NCBI GenBank assembly: GCA_964016885.1
Contig: OZ024740.1
Span: 231,446,001-231,510,000, forward strand
Source: Eledone cirrhosa
Taxonomy: Eukaryota
Length of the DNA stretch: 64,000 nucleotides
Direction of reading: 5' to 3'
Shown here in pieces: positions 40,757 to 54,926 of this stretch. Both the position numbers and the translations under genes were made by a program. Position 1 is the first letter of the stretch. Each line of letters starts with the position of its first letter. The notes beneath the pieces are model-generated. The model saw only the letters and a list, made by a program, of their open reading frames with translations, made no database searches and was not told the origin of the DNA.

Positions 40757-41760
40757 TTTCTTGGAGTCTCAGTCATTTATGTTATTTAACTGGAAAGTTT
40801 GTGCAAATGAACATCAAGCCGCTATCTGCAGCCTCGGATATTCAGGACGTATTGGAGGGTTCTTGCTGTTCCCAGCAAGCATACTTTTTCAAATGTTCCG
40901 AAAAGAGGGGCTGGACTAACGTCCTTTAACCATCCTTGAAAAATCTTTGAGATAGTACCTTGGAACAACCTTAATCTCATGGCAGTCCCAAATCCTTTTT
41001 AATTCCCACTTTAAATCCTGGTGTCAGTTAATTTTCTCTTCCTTTTCTTGCACTCTTGTGTCTAAGGGGCCAGCAACAATCAAGCACGATTATTTTTCCT
41101 TGTCAAAAACTAATTGTTTTCTAATTTCTTGTCTGTCTGTATCCTGAAATCCCATAGCACCTTCACTCCATCTTTCTCTATCACCGACTCTGGCTTATGC
41201 TCATACCACTTCTCAGAATGTGGTAAATTATTTAGTTTGCATAAATGCCAGTGAATCACTTTTCCTATTATATCATGCCTCCAACCTTTATAATGTATCT
41301 GGGTTAGGTGTTTACACTCGGATACGAAGTGAGCCACTGTCTCCTCTCTCTCTCTCCACAAATCCTACACAGTCAGTATAGTGTTTCACCCACTTCATTC
41401 TGAGGGTTTGCTCTTGTGCAGCCCTTAGAATTCTCTGTGTGGCTTTTTTAAGGTCTCCTCTTTTTAACCAGCTCTATGTCTGTGGATATCTGAATTCCAT
41501 TTTCTTAAAAGAGGTGCCATGAAGGGTTTTTTCATGAAGGTTGCTCTTACTTTTTGTTGTCACTTTCTCCTTGGACATCCCCTGGTCTATTGTCTTATCC
41601 TTCAGTACAACTTTGAACATTGGCTCCCTACTCTCAGACACATATTTGTGCAGACTGCTCTTCTCCATCTGAACACAGTCCTCTATGATGATAAGACCTC
41701 TTCCACCTTTAGATCTCTTTAAGTAGAGTCTATCAACATCACTACTCTTGTGGAACATTA
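40757..41760 (-). mobile_element. 5'-truncated, decayed R4/Dong-like LINE
   Basis: Same family as 47755-49220 (VDRLYLKRSKGGRGL; ETVAHFVSEC; RHD; LWDFRIQTD). Confidence 0.85.
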
Positions 41761-41761
41761 T

Positions 41762-42165
41762 TTCACTTGAAGAGGAAAATCAGGGTGGAGAGGCAAGTGC
41801 TGTCTTCTAGTAAGTTTGTTGAATGGTGGGTGAAAGTGGCGAAAGTGGCGAATGTGGTAAACGGGCCCGTTCTGAGTATGCGCCTGTAGACTGAGGTGTG
41901 AGAGAACTGAGAGAGGGCGCTTGCCCTGGAGGTCAGGGTGGGCGTGATCTTTTGTGTGGTTTTCACCACGAGTAACCCTCGGAGGTTTCCCCCTTTTTAT
42001 GGAATTTTTGTTGTTTGAATTTTTTTGATTTGTTTTTACACATTTCTATCTTTTTGTTATAACCTTTTTACACGATCAAAACCCACTTCGTATCGTCCTG
42101 TACCATTCTGTGTCGTCTGTAATGTTTTTCTTCATGTTAGCTCTGTGGCCAATAAAGAAACCGTT
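41762..42165 (+). mobile_element. Tx1-like LINE 3' end
   Basis: HLKRKIRVERQVL...FVEWWVKVA; 3' UTR ends aataaagaaacc-(ATT)n; similar to 52810-53192 and 47505-47691. Confidence 0.75.
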
Positions 42166-42179
42166 ATTATTATTATTAT

Positions 42180-45100
42180 AGTTGCATTTATCTTGCTTTA
42201 TGTTCATACAAGTTATCACCAAGTCACAACAGTGACCTCAAGAAACAACAAGGTCCGCCATGTTCAAGAAAGAACATACATACACACACATGCATCTTTA
42301 GGTTTTTAGACTTGTGATGTACTTATATTGACAGACTCTTCCTTAGTATATGGGCAGTTCCCATTAGTACTATCTTTTTAATTTCTTCTATACGCGGGTT
42401 TCCTGGGATTTGGGATAAGTAATCATTAGACGTATCATTCCTAGAGCACCCACAACCACTGGTATTGTTTTAGTTCTCAACTTCCACATTTTTCCAATTT
42501 CTATCTCCAGGTCTTCATACTTGCTCAAGTTTTCAAATGTTTTTATAGATACATTCTTGTCTATTGGAACAGACATATCAATTAGCAGGCATACCCTCTT
42601 TTTAAAGTCCTTCAGTATTATATCAGGTCTATTTGCATCTATTTTTCGGTCTGTTTGGATGCTAGGTTCCACAAGATTGGGATGTGATCTTTTTCAAGTT
42701 CAGGAGGTGGTTGATGCTCCCACCAATTCTTTTGATGGGGCAGGTCAAAATGCTTACACATTATCCAATGTATGTATTGTGCAGCTCTGTCGTGCCTGTT
42801 TAGGTATTTGGTTGGAGCTATAGGACTGCACATTGAAATTATATGATCAATGGTCTCTGGTTGTTTTTTGCATACACGGCATAATGGGTTGCATCCATTT
42901 TTTATTATGTTGGCTTGATAATTTTTTGTTGACAGACACTGATCTTGTGCTGATATAATCAGTCCTTCAGTCTCCGATTTCAGTCCAGAGGATGCCAACC
43001 ACTGATGGGTTAAAGTTTTGTCAACATCATGATTATTAGCTCTTTCTGGGTATTTTCCATACAGAGGCTTTTCTTGCCATTTCTTAGCCAGTTTCTGTAG
43101 CAGTTCTTTTTTTTTTTTTTGTTACTTTTACCTGCTTTGCTTTTTCTGTTTTCCATTTCAGCAGTAAATGGGACTTCTGAAATGTGTAGTCCATTACTGT
43201 ATCTTTGTGCATCTTTTGTAATGGAATATGATCTTTTGATGCTTTCGTGTTTCAAAACGAGTTTGATCATCCAATCATGTGATTCCCTTAGATATGTACA
43301 TAATCCAATTGCTGCAGTTTTCAACTCAATATCTGACTGGATTAATCCACGTCCTCCTTCTTTCCTAGGGAGATATATTCTATCTGTATCTGCCTTAGGG
43401 TGATGCATTCTGTGCATGGTTAAGAATTTTTTAATTTTTGCCTACAGATCTCTGTGCTTAACCAGTTGATGATATTGTAACTGTAAGTTACTACTGGTAT
43501 GGCAAGCGTGTTTATGGCATCGATCCTATTCCTTGCATTCAACTCCGTTCTTAAGATTGCTCTTACTCTGCGGTAACATTCCTTCCTTTTCCTTTCCCTC
43601 ATTGTCGAGTGCTTGATTCCATCTCCTTCACAAACACCTAGTAAGATTTCATCTCCTTCACAAACACCTAGTAAGATTCCATCTCCTTCACAAACCTTTG
43701 TAAGTTTCCTCTTGATCAAGTTCTCCGATCAAGATTAATGTCTGAACTTCTCAGCAGCTTTCCTCTGGTGAACATGGCTTTGGCACATTTATCTAGTCTA
43801 AACTCCATTTTAATATCATCACCGAACTGCTTCATAGTGGATAATAGCCCTTGTAATTGCTCATCATTTTTTGCAAATAGTTTCAGGTCATCCATGTAGA
43901 ACAAGGGATTAATGGTTTTGTCATAGATTTTATATCCATGTTTTGTTTCATTGAGCCTTTTACTTAATGGTATACGTGCGATGCAGAATAAAAGCGGTGA
44001 TAAAGAGTCACCCTGAAAAATTCTACAATTAATATTAACTTCTCCAGCTTCCAGTGATTTTTTATCCCTATTCAAAAGGAGTGTTGTTTTCCATGTCTTC
44101 ATACTGAATGACAAGAACCTCCTGGCAACGGGAGATATTTTGAAAATCTCTAAACACTTTTCAATCCAACTGTGTGGCAAACTATCGAATGCTTTTTTGT
44201 AATCTATCCAAGCAATTGATAGATTTTTGTGTCTATTATGACAATCTTCCAGTATCATTTTGTTAACCAAAAGCTGATCCTTACAGCCATATGAGCCTCG
44301 TTTACACCCTTTCTGCTCATTGGGAAATAGATCATTTGTTATCAGGTGATCATATGTATATTCAGTTAGGACTAATTTTAAAATGTTATACATTGTGGTC
44401 AAGCAAGTTATCGGTCTATAATTTTTTGGATTGTTTGTCTCATCATTCTTCAGAAGTAGGAATGTAATGCCGTTAACTAGCCATGATGGTATATTTTCTG
44501 GCTCCTTAACTATTTCATTGTAAAATTGGGCTAACAGCTCATGAGACTCTGTGAAGGCATTTATCCAAAAATTTGGTATTTTGTCTTTCCCTGGGGATTT
44601 CTATTTGCTGGATTTTCTAAGAGCTAAATGCAGATGTTCAACTGTTATATTTTCCCATGTTTGTTCCTCAAGGTGAGCTGTATCTTTCATTTGTCTGTCT
44701 ATCCATGGGGCATGTATATTATGAACTTTTTCTTCACCCAGGTCTTTTCCCAGAATTCTTGCACTCCCTCCTTGGGTGGTATTGATTTAGCAGTTATTGT
44801 TGACTTGCCAATTTTTCTGTAGAAGTTTTTTGGTTGTTTTTGAACATATTATTGTCCTTATAGAATCTAAATCGTTTTTCAAAGCACCTTATATGAGCAG
44901 CTTTGTCCGACACTTTTTGCTTGATTGTTTCTATCACCATATCTATGTCATTTGTTGATTTTACATCGTATTTTCTTTTCAATTTTCTAAGTTTAGTTTG
45001 TTTAACATGTTCACCTACTTTGTAGTTTGCTAAAATTTCTATGTCAGATCGGAGAAGGTTTATTTGGTGATTGATGTTCTCTTGCCAAGTAGGTTTCTTG

Positions 45101-46105
45101 TGGGAATTCCTTTGTTTTTTTCTTTTTCACTCCACATAAGTGAGTGGTGACTTTAGCTGATGCATAATAGAAATGATTTAAATCAGTAATGTTTAGTTTA
45201 TTTGTGATGATAATGATTTTGAGAGCTATGTTAGTCTTGTGTATTATTCTTTGGTTTTATTTGGAGTTCTGGATCTTAGGGAGAGTGTCTCCTTCCCCCA
45301 TGTCAAATTCTTTCATTTTCATCCATTCGATCATAATTTCATTCTTCAAGTTGGCGAGTTCCATCTCATTCATTTCTTTATCATTGACGATCTCATTGTT
45401 TTCATTTTGAGTTTCATCTTGAGCATGCACTCCTTCCACTTTTTCGATCCTTTCTTTAATTTGTTCTGTTGTCAGTGATTCCGCCCCAATCCTGGGATTT
45501 AAAGTGTTTCAATTTACTTCGTTTTCACTGACACATGTTTCACTTTCCCTTCGCTGACTTTGTGATAATTGCTTGATCTGATCAATATCTATATCAGTTA
45601 GTAACTTTTTCTTCACAATATTCCTTCGTATATTGGCTAGGTGTTACTGTCAATATAGCCTCTGTTTTCAGGATGTTTCTTTTTCCAGTTGATATACATC
45701 TGTTCTGTATTCAATCTATTTGATGGGTAATCCATGGCAGTGTAGAAGCCTCAAGGACTTCTTTATTGTCTTCTCTTGACCATTTTTCTCTCTTTTTCTT
45801 TGGATTTCTTGGTGGTGAGCATGGAGGGCCAACAGTAGGAGTGTTTCGGTTATGGGGAGGTTTGAATTGATGGGAAGATTTGAACCATTAGCTGATTTTT
45901 CGACCCCAGTCTGGTTCCTCTCTGAGGGACACAGCCTTTTTTGACTGGGGTGATGGCCGATATGGTATGAGTTTTTATCATTTGACATTGGCTTTATTTT
46001 GTTGCGTTTTATCCTTGGTCACAGGTTTTTTTTTTGGTTTTTTAAATTGTTATTATCATGAGTGGTTCCTTAATGTGAGCCCTGCGTGGCTAAGAAAGAA
46101 ATTAT
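42180..46105 (-). mobile_element. Near-full-length, decayed R4/Dong-like LINE (RT and REL endonuclease)
   Basis: NYRPITCL; EQKGC; WIDYKKAFDS; IFQGDSLSP; FYMDDLK; CRVC...ETIDHIISMC; RHD; RPDI..D; 30-bp unit repeated ~3x at 43615-43697. Confidence 0.88.
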
Positions 46106-46868
46106 TAATATAATATACTTTTTGTTGAAGTTGCCTCTGTTGGCTATGCCGGTGGTGCTGGGGCTGTTTCTGGAGGGAAGAGGGGGAGTTTTCTATTGTT
46201 GGTGGGGAACTTCAATGCCATAGTCATTAACTTTTGACTGAGTCACTGAGTCAGTCTATTTATATCTTTTGTTAGCCTCTCCCTTGTCTAGTGTTACTGC
46301 CACCTTCACCTTTCTTAAGTTAACAGAAGGTAGTGGGGAATAGTGGTGGTAGCAATGATGGAGTGGTGGCGGCGGTGATGGGATAGTGGTACTGTAGTGA
46401 TGGCGTTGTCGCTACTGAATTCTGTTGAATAGACTGTAGGTAGTATGCGTTTGTTTGATCTGTATATCTATGCGGTTTTTCGCCTATGTTTAATATAGAT
46501 GTTGACATATTTCCTTAATATTGGAATTAAACATTTTGAGAATACAATAATAATAATAATTATTATTATGCTGAGATTGGTGGTGGTGAAATTGCCGTTA
46601 TTTGGCTGTTCTATTTAGTGTAGACAGAGGGGGTTTTCTTCCATTTATAACCATTTTCTTTTTTTAATATAAAATTCCCAATACAAAATTAAATATTTGA
46701 GGCATATGCCAGGGTGTTATGGGTTCTCAATCCTGAGAGCTAAGACTGGTGCCTTATGTCCCATTTGTACTAAGAATTTTTATATCACAATTGTTTTAAA
46801 TATGTTAAAAATCAAAAACTTACGGGAGCGATTCCGTAACACTCTATCACCACGTGCATCTTCTTCCC

Positions 46869-46927
<59 letters not shown>

Positions 46928-46929
46928 GT

Positions 46930-47447
46930 TCTTTGAGTCTCAGTCATTGATGTTAGTTAACTGGAAAGTTTGTTGAAATGAATATCAAGCCACTACCTGC
47001 AGCCTCAGATATTCAGGACGTATCGGAGGGTTCTTGCTGTTCCCAGCAAGCATGCCTTTTGAAGCGTTCCAAAAAGCGTGGCGGAGCCAATTTTCTTTAA
47101 CCATCCCTGGAAACTTTTTGTGATAGTACTTAGTGTACCTATGACAATCGGGACCACTTTGACTTCATGGCAGTTCCAAATCCTTTTTACCTCCCACTTT
47201 AAGTCCTGGTATCAGTTAATTTTCTCCCTCTCCTTCTCTTGCACTCTCGTGTCGAATGGGCAGGCCACATCCACAATCAGGCACGATCTTTTTTCTTTGT
47301 CCAAAACCACCAGGTCAGGTCTATTGTGTTCCAGTTTCTTGTCCGTCTGTATCCTAAAATCCCATAGCACCTTCACCTGATCGTTTTCTATCACCGACTC
47401 TGGCTTATGCACATACCACTTCTCAGAATGTGGTAAATTGTTTACTT
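46930..47447 (-). mobile_element. R4/Dong-like LINE 3' fragment
   Basis: Near-identical to 47755-48270; both ends lie in (ATT)n. Confidence 0.88.
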
Positions 47448-47454
47448 ATTATTA

Positions 47455-47502
<48 letters not shown>

Positions 47503-47504
47503 TA

Positions 47505-47690
47505 TGGGCTTTCTCCACGATGGCCCTCGGAAGTCTCCCCCCTATTGGGGAATTTTTCATTGTTCTTTTTTGTTACATCCTCTGTTTTTTGTTTTTTTAC
47601 ACGCAGAAATGCCCATTTGTACCGTCCTGTATTGTCCTGTACTGTCCTTAATGTTTACTTTGTGTAAACCCTTGTGGTTAATAAAGAAAG

Positions 47691-47691
<1 letters not shown>
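47505..47691 (+). mobile_element. Tx1-like LINE 3' UTR fragment
   Basis: Similar to 53000-53192; ends aataaagaaagc-(ATT)n. Confidence 0.7.
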
Positions 47692-47742
<51 letters not shown>

Positions 47743-47754
47743 GTTGTTACTACT

Positions 47755-49220
47755 CTTTGAGTCTCAGTCATTGATGTTAGTTAACTGGAAAGTTTGTTGA
47801 AATGAATATCAAGCCACTACCTGCAGCCTCAGATATTCAGGACGTATCGGAGGGTTCTTGCAGTTCCCAGCAAGCATGCCTTTTGAAGCGTTCCAAAAAG
47901 CGTGAAGGGGCCAATTTTCTTTAACCATCCCTGGAAACTTTTTGAGATAGTCCCTAGTGCGCCTATGACAATTGGGATCACTTTGACTTCATGGCAGTTC
48001 CAAATCCTTTTTACCTCCCACTTTAAGTCCTGGTATCGGTTAATTTTCTCCCTCTCCTTCTCTTGCACTCTCGTGTCGAATGGGCAGGCCACATCCACAA
48101 TCAGGCACGATCTTTTTTCTTTGTCCACAACCACCAGGTCAGGTCTATTGTGTTCCAGTTTCTTGTCCGTCTGTATCCTAAAATCCCACAGCACCTTCAC
48201 CTGATCGTTTTCTATCACCGCCTCTGGCTTATGCACATACCACTTCTCAGAATGTGGTAAATTGTTTACTTTGCATAGGTGCCAGTGGATCACCCTGCCC
48301 ATCACATCATGTCTCCAGCCCTTATAGTGAATCTGGGCTAGGTGTTTACACTCAGATACAATGTGAGCCACAGTCTCCTCTCTCTCTCCACAGATCCTGC
48401 ACAGTGGGCTAGCCTCCTCCTTGTAAATATGGTGTTTCAACCACTTCGTTTTGAGGGCCTGCTCCTGAGTAGCCATTAATATTCCTTCTGTAGCCTTTTT
48501 AAGGTCTCCTCTTTTCAACCAGTTCCATGTCTGTGGATCTCTAAATTCAGTTTTCTCAAAGAAGGTACTATGAAGGGATTTTTCCTGAAGGCTGCTCTTT
48601 CTCCTTGATGTTATTTCCTCCTTGGACATCCCCCGGCCTATTGTCCCCTCCTTAAGTACAGTTCTGAGCATTGGCTCCTTACTATCAGTCACGTATTTGT
48701 GTAGGTTGTTTTTCTCCATCTGAACACAGTCCTCTATGCTGATAAGACCTCTTCCACCCTCAGATCTCCTTAAGTAGAGTCTATCGACATCACTCCTCTT
48801 GTGGAACATGTTGTAGATAGTCAATAGCTTCCTAGTCTTCCTATCCATTTCTTTTTGTTCAGCAACATTCCATCTCAGAATACCCGCACTGTACCTAATA
48901 ATAGACACAGCTCGGGAATTTACTGCACTTATGGCATTCCTACTGTTCAGATGTGACTTTAATACGCTCCTTACTCTCCGAAGGTATTCAGTTCTCATCA
49001 ATTCCTTTATTTTTTTGTTCTTGATGTCATCAGCCTCCAGAACGCCCAAATACTTGTATCCTTCCTCAGAGTCAATTTCCTTTATCATCTCACCTGTTGG
49101 TATCTGGATTCCGTTACTTCTGCTCAACTTACCCCTCCTCATCACAATGACTCCACACTTACTAATACCAAATTGCATACATATATCATTGCTGAAAATA
49201 CGGACAGTGTCAACAAGCAC
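47755..49220 (-). mobile_element. 5'-truncated young R4/Dong-like LINE with an open 463-aa RT C-terminus, zinc knuckle and REL endonuclease
   Basis: ORF 47829-49220: YKYLGV; GGRGL; CRICG..ETVAHIVSEC; RHD; RPDLVV..D; DVACP; K..RY..L; flanked by (ATT)n. Confidence 0.92.
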
Positions 49221-49521
49221 ATTATTATTATTATCATTATTATTATTATTATTGAGGCGCTAGGCACAGTCCCTATATGGCTTACATCTTAGGATACCTG
49301 ACTTCATAGACAAGTGCCCAAATTTCTACCATCACCAGCACTGCCAGAATCCTGTGATGTATTGAGCCTCTAAGATGAGGAACTGATCTGAGGTCAATTA
49401 ACATGCTGCACCTAGCAACCAATTGCTAGAGAAACCTTACAAAATTGAAAAAAAATTATTATTATTATTATATTTTTTTTTGTTTTTTTGAAAGTGAACA
49501 TATTTCAATTTATCTACTTAC

Positions 49522-49664
49522 AGCTAAAACATATGTCAGTTGTAACGAGTAGCGCTGATTGAGATAAAAGTAGTACATTATAACTGGATGCACAAGATAA
49601 GCACAGAACGTCAAACGACTGAGGGGGATGAATGCCTTCCATGACAAGATGGTGTTCACAAAAC
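49522..49664 (-). CDS. nrf-6: NRF-6/OACYL-like O-acyltransferase, penultimate exon
   Basis: tttcag|GT TTT...GCT|gtaagt; (G)FVNTILSWKAFIPLSRLTFCAYLVHPVIMYYFYLNQRYSLQLTYVLA; PLSRL.Y/F.AYL.H family motif; phases match both neighbours; absent from the ORF track. Confidence 0.92.
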
Positions 49665-51942
49665 CTGAAATGAAATAATAAAAATCAATAATTCCGCTGA
49701 AATTATTTATAGAGAATTTTTCATATTTTTTTGTCCAGGAAAAGAAATATGTAAGTAAAATGATGGAAAAAAAAACACTAGTAAAAGTGAAAAAAAACCT
49801 GCTAATATCAATGATGATATTAATTTAGAGACAAGGGTAGCAATGTTTTTAATGGAGAGAAGAAATTTGATTAAATCAACCCCAGGACATTACTGGTACT
49901 TTATTTTATCAACTCTTAGAAGGATGAAATGCAAAGTCGACCTCAGTGATGTTAGAACACTGTGTAAATAGCTAAATCAAATACCACAAACCATTTTATC
50001 CAATGCTCTAAGGATTCTACCAATCCTTACACTCAAAAGGATTATAATAATATACTTTGGTATTGACTTTTAACTATAGCTCAAGGCCACAATATTCTGG
50101 GGAGAAGGATATTGTTGATCTTAGTCAACCATAAACTCTTGAAAATAATTTATCATCATCCTCATCGTCATCTTCCTTGTTTAACTCTGATTTCCCTACT
50201 AGCAAGGCTTGGAGAGGCCATCACAGACCAAGTCAGTAGTACTTAGTCAGAGCTATTTTCCTCTTTGATGAGCTTAGGCCCATATCACACTTACACACAC
50301 TCTACATAATGTACTGGGTGCATTTTATCATAGCACTATCACTAGGGAGGTTGTCATGTTTTTGACACAGCTGAAGAATCCTCTCAGCCCTTTCTTTCTT
50401 TGGCAAGTTTTCTACAGCTGGAAGCCATTCCTAACACCAACCACTTTACAGAGTGTACTCAGTGCATTTTATCATTGAACCAGGACCAGGGTTGCTGTTA
50501 GTCATTGAATAGGATGGAGGTGAATAAGAATGATGATAGATATGATGTTATACTGCATTGCTCATGCACTCTTATATTACACATCCACCAGAACATACTT
50601 GCTATATTTATTTCTAGCCTATGCAATAGTTCTATGCAATATAGCATTACAGTTTACAGGCAGGCAGCATCATACAGTCTCCCCTTCACTCTGAGAGAGA
50701 AGCTCTTTTTTGTCAGTAGAGGTACTATCTCCCAAATCTCTTTCATCCTGTTCTTACTCTAGTTACTATGCTTTCAGAATATACTCCTCCATTGCTGATT
50801 AGGTCATCTAGGTAACAGAAGGTGTCAACAACTGTCAGGGCAATTGAGGGAATCTATTTCTTGAAAATCCCAAACAAGATGTGAAGTCACTTAGTGTAAA
50901 GGACTATGAAGAGGAGAAATTAAGACAAAAGGTTATAAGAAGGTTAAAAACAAGGAGATGGAAGAGAGTTCCAAAGTTTGGCAGTCCAAAGAAAAAAGTT
51001 ATGACCACAACAGTTTCCAGATGAAAACACTGTGAGTTTCGAGATAGGTAAGATGGGACAAAGTAATCTGGAACCAAAAGAGAAAGTTCATCTGAGCACT
51101 ATTCTTTTCATTCAATAATCTCTCATAATAGGACTTCCATGTATAGTCATATAGTTGTTTGAACATTTGTCATAAGACAAGAAATAATCACTACTGTGGA
51201 CTTGACTCCATTATCAATCTGCTCTTAAGACTGGCGATGTATTTTTGTTGAATTGCTCATCTGAAGAGCAGATCAATAATAGAATTAGGCCCATAACTTC
51301 TATGGGTGACCCTGAACCAATCATCTGCGAAACACGCTTAACAGATCGGTATACACTAAAAATCTAACTACATGTAAATGAACATGCATCATTTTTCTTA
51401 ATATTCTAACTGTAGAAGGGAGCTAACTCAATATTGCAAGCTACGTAGTCTACCACTTCACTTCCTTAGTATGCTTAACCCCTTCAATAGCAATCCAAAT
51501 GAGATTGCTGCGCTTGTGTGCCTATTTAAACAAAAATAATCTCAATGAAAGTCTCAGTAAAACAGGAATGATAATGTGATATGTCAAACAGTCAACATCA
51601 GCATGACATACCAACCCCAAATTTAACCATTATGTTGTTAGTCACCCTGCTAGAAATAACAGCCAAATATCCCTCAAATTACACCCTAGCAAATTTAAAG
51701 AGAATAAAGAAGAATATATTTGGTAATATAACTTGGGATACAAAATGCTGCTAGTCACTGCAGCATAGTCCAATCTAATCCCAAAACAACAACGCCGACA
51801 ACAACACAAACAACAACAGCAATGACAACAATGTGACCAGCAACAACAGAGCGAACAGAGAAAAAAACTCTTTCGCTGCTGCAGCCAAATAAAAAAAGCC
51901 ATGCGTTAGCATGGACCTTAGTGAAAAGAACAAAAATTTGCT

Positions 51943-53192
51943 GTGCCTTGTCTTCAGCCTCGCCTGACTGCATTAGAATGTTTGCTCTTTCACTTTTTGT
52001 GGAAAGGATGCGCTCCAATGGTCAGGCAGTCCATTTGCTGTCAATACCTGCTACGTAGAGGGCTGAGCATGCCATGGCAGATGATGTGCAAACATACATT
52101 CAGGCTACGGCATCTCCACCTCTTCCTCAACAGTGATCAGGTGTGGTTGCCATTTGCTAGACGTGTTTTTCCCCAGCTCGTCTCCTTGATGGAGCTGCAG
52201 TCCTGGATCAAGCAAAGATCAAGGAGAGCTTGGAGACTGGAATGTCTTCAGGCGTTCACAGCTCTTGACCAATTGGGCGATGTGATCAGTGGAAACACCA
52301 CTTTGGCTTTCTATAGATGGTTAGTGGAGAGAAAGAATGATGATGTCCTTGGAGAGACTCTGGACGTCGACGAAAATCAACTAGCCAATCTCTTTGCAAG
52401 AACTTTTGGGCTTGGGTCCATGGACAACTTCCAGAAATCTGTGGCCTGGCAGTGCTACCGGGGAGCTTTGCCAGTTCGGGATAAACTCTACAGGCATGGA
52501 AGTGCCATCAGCTGGGCCTGTCTGAGATGTGCGGAGGGCGACGAAACCATCCTGCACACACTTGTCCAGTGTCCAAGCATTGCTGACTTGTGTGTTTATG
52601 TCGAACACCTGCTGTCACGTGTAGAACGGATCCTGCTATCAGCTGAGTCCATCGTGAGGATTGCCCCGCCGCCTTCCTTTAGACGGGAAGGGCAAGCAGT
52701 TTTTATCTGCCTGGTGGCCATGGTGAAAGAGGTGATGTTTTGGATGTGTTTGAAAGGGCTGAAGATGAGCACTTACCTCTTCCATGATGCCCTGATTAAG
52801 TTTTTCAAATTTCATTTGTAAAGGAAAATTAAGGTGGAGAGGGAAGTGCTCCCTTCCCAATAATTTGTTGAAAGATGGGTGAGAGAGGCAAGCATAGCCT
52901 GAGTGAATGGGTCTGCTCTGAGTATGTGTCTATGGAATGGAGGTGGAAAACTGGGAGAGGGCACTTGCCCTGGTGGCCAAGGTGACCATGGCTTTTTTAA
53001 TGGACTTTCTCCACAAGTGTCCCTCGGAAGTCTACCTGCTCTTGGGGAATTATCCTTTGATTTTCTTTTTTGTAATTTCCTTTATTATTGTTTTTTCTTT
53101 ACACACAAAAATGCCTATTTGTACTGTCCTGTACTGTCCTGTGCTGTCCTTAATGTTATACTTTATGTCAACCCTTGTGATTAATAAAGAAA
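51943..53192 (+). mobile_element. Tx1-like LINE 3' part (zinc-finger/RVT region and 3' UTR)
   Basis: ORF 51943-52821: FLWKG; WQCYRGALPV; CLRC..GDETILHTLVQC; (ATT)n tail. Confidence 0.85.
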
Positions 53193-53324
53193 GCATTATT
53201 ATTATTATCCCGCCGAGGTTAACTTTGCCTTTCATCCTTACAGGGTCGATAAAATAAAGTACCAGTAATACACTGGGATAATTGCTGGCCTTGTGCCAAA
53301 AGTAGAAACAATTATTATTATTAT

Positions 53325-53647
53325 TCTTTGAGTCTCAGTCATTGATGTTAGTTAACTGGAAAGTTTGTTGAAATGAATATCAAGCCACTACCTGCAGCCT
53401 CAGATATTCAGGACGTATCGGAGGGTTCTTGCTGTTCCCAGCAAGCATGCCTTTTGAAGTGTTCCAAAAAGTGGGGCGGGCCCAATTTTCTTTAACCATC
53501 CCTGGAAACTTTTTGAGATAGTCCCTAGTGCGCCTATGACAATCGGGATCACTTTGACTTCATGGCAGTTCCAAATCCTTTTTACCTCCCACTTTAAGTC
53601 CTGGTATCGGTTAATTTTCTCCCTCTCCTTCTCTTACACTCTCGTGC
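53325..53647 (-). mobile_element. R4/Dong-like LINE 3' fragment
   Basis: Near-identical to 47755-48075. Confidence 0.88.
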
Positions 53648-53681
53648 AATTATTATTATTATTATTATTATCATCATCATA

Positions 53682-53872
53682 GGGCGGTGGATTGGCAGTA
53701 TCGGTAGAGGGTCGGACGCCATGCTTTCCAGCATAGTTACGTCCCTTTACGATCTGAGTTCAAATCCCGCCGAGGTTGACTTTGCCTTTCATCCTTACGG
53801 GGTCGATAAAATAAAGTACCAGTAATGCACTGGGTAATTGCTGGCCTTGTGCCTAAAGTAGAAACAATTATT
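53682..53872 (+). mobile_element. tRNA-derived SINE, full length
   Basis: Same family as 34245-34425. Other copies: 53207-53312 (+), 60925-61110 (-), 61860-62047 (-); decayed at 61127-61555, 49825-50035 and 30600-31050. Confidence 0.88.
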
Positions 53873-54926
53873 ATCATCATCATCATATAGGGCGGTTGAT
53901 TGGCAGTATCGGTAGAGCATTGGACAACATGCTTAGAGTGTTTATATAACTTTTTCATTATGAAGTTGGTGTTTGGAGCATGACTTAACAAAGGGTTTTA
54001 CATAAAATTATGATGGAAGGTTTTTAGATAATTATAAACCATTATGAATCTGTTCATTACCACATTTCTAATAAAAGACTCTGCCTATGGTTTTCATATG
54101 GCATATAAAAACAAAGAGGAGAAGTAACTATGCCAACTTTATGGAATATTGACAGAGATGATGTAAACACAACAAAATGTTTCAGAGAATTATAAAGCGA
54201 CAATAATTTGGAAGAAGCTGATACCCAGAGACAGGAAAATTTAGGTAAATTACCTAATGTCAAGTACCATTAGGAAAAATTATGTCTTCTAATTGACATA
54301 TCAATTCTAATTGATACCATTGTATATATGATGAAATACAGAAACTTTCTAAATATAGAGGCTTGGTAATGGTGATATCCTGAATGTGGGGAGTGGAAAT
54401 AGAAGAAATCTCTTTAATAATAGGTGCCTTGGGAATAGTTAAAATAAGATGCAGACAAATACATAACCAGAATTTACATAATTACACAATATACATAAAA
54501 ACAACATTACACACATTACATTGAAGACTTCTAAGACAATAAAAAACACAGCTACTAAGTACTGCACACACTGAAAGCATACAAAGCCGCCTAGAATATT
54601 AACCCTAGAAGACAAGTGTTTTTAAGTTATTTCCCATATTAAAGAAGAGTTTAGACATGCGGGTCTCATAAAATCTTCTCCATTTTTCCCTATCCTTTGC
54701 ATCTCCCATTACCAACCACCTGAGTTTTATTTTCTCCTCTATCATCTTTAGCCATGTCTTTCTTCCTCGTTTCCTTCTTCTACTTCTATCAACATTCATC
54801 TCCATCAATCCTCTCACCCAGTCACTTTCATCCTTCCCCTACACATAACCTAACCATCTCATTCCATTTCTCTTCACAACAGCTAGCTATCACTGGTTCT
54901 ATTCTACTCTCCCAGCCACTTCCATT

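Noticed and set aside
43615-43697. 30-bp repeat (VCEGDGILLG-like, ~3x) resembling a short array
   Set aside because: A spacerless local tandem duplication in a dead LINE; not CRISPR-like.
53682-53775. tRNA-like A/B box sequences
   Set aside because: They are SINE heads with no cloverleaf, followed by the SINE core and tail; not tRNA genes.
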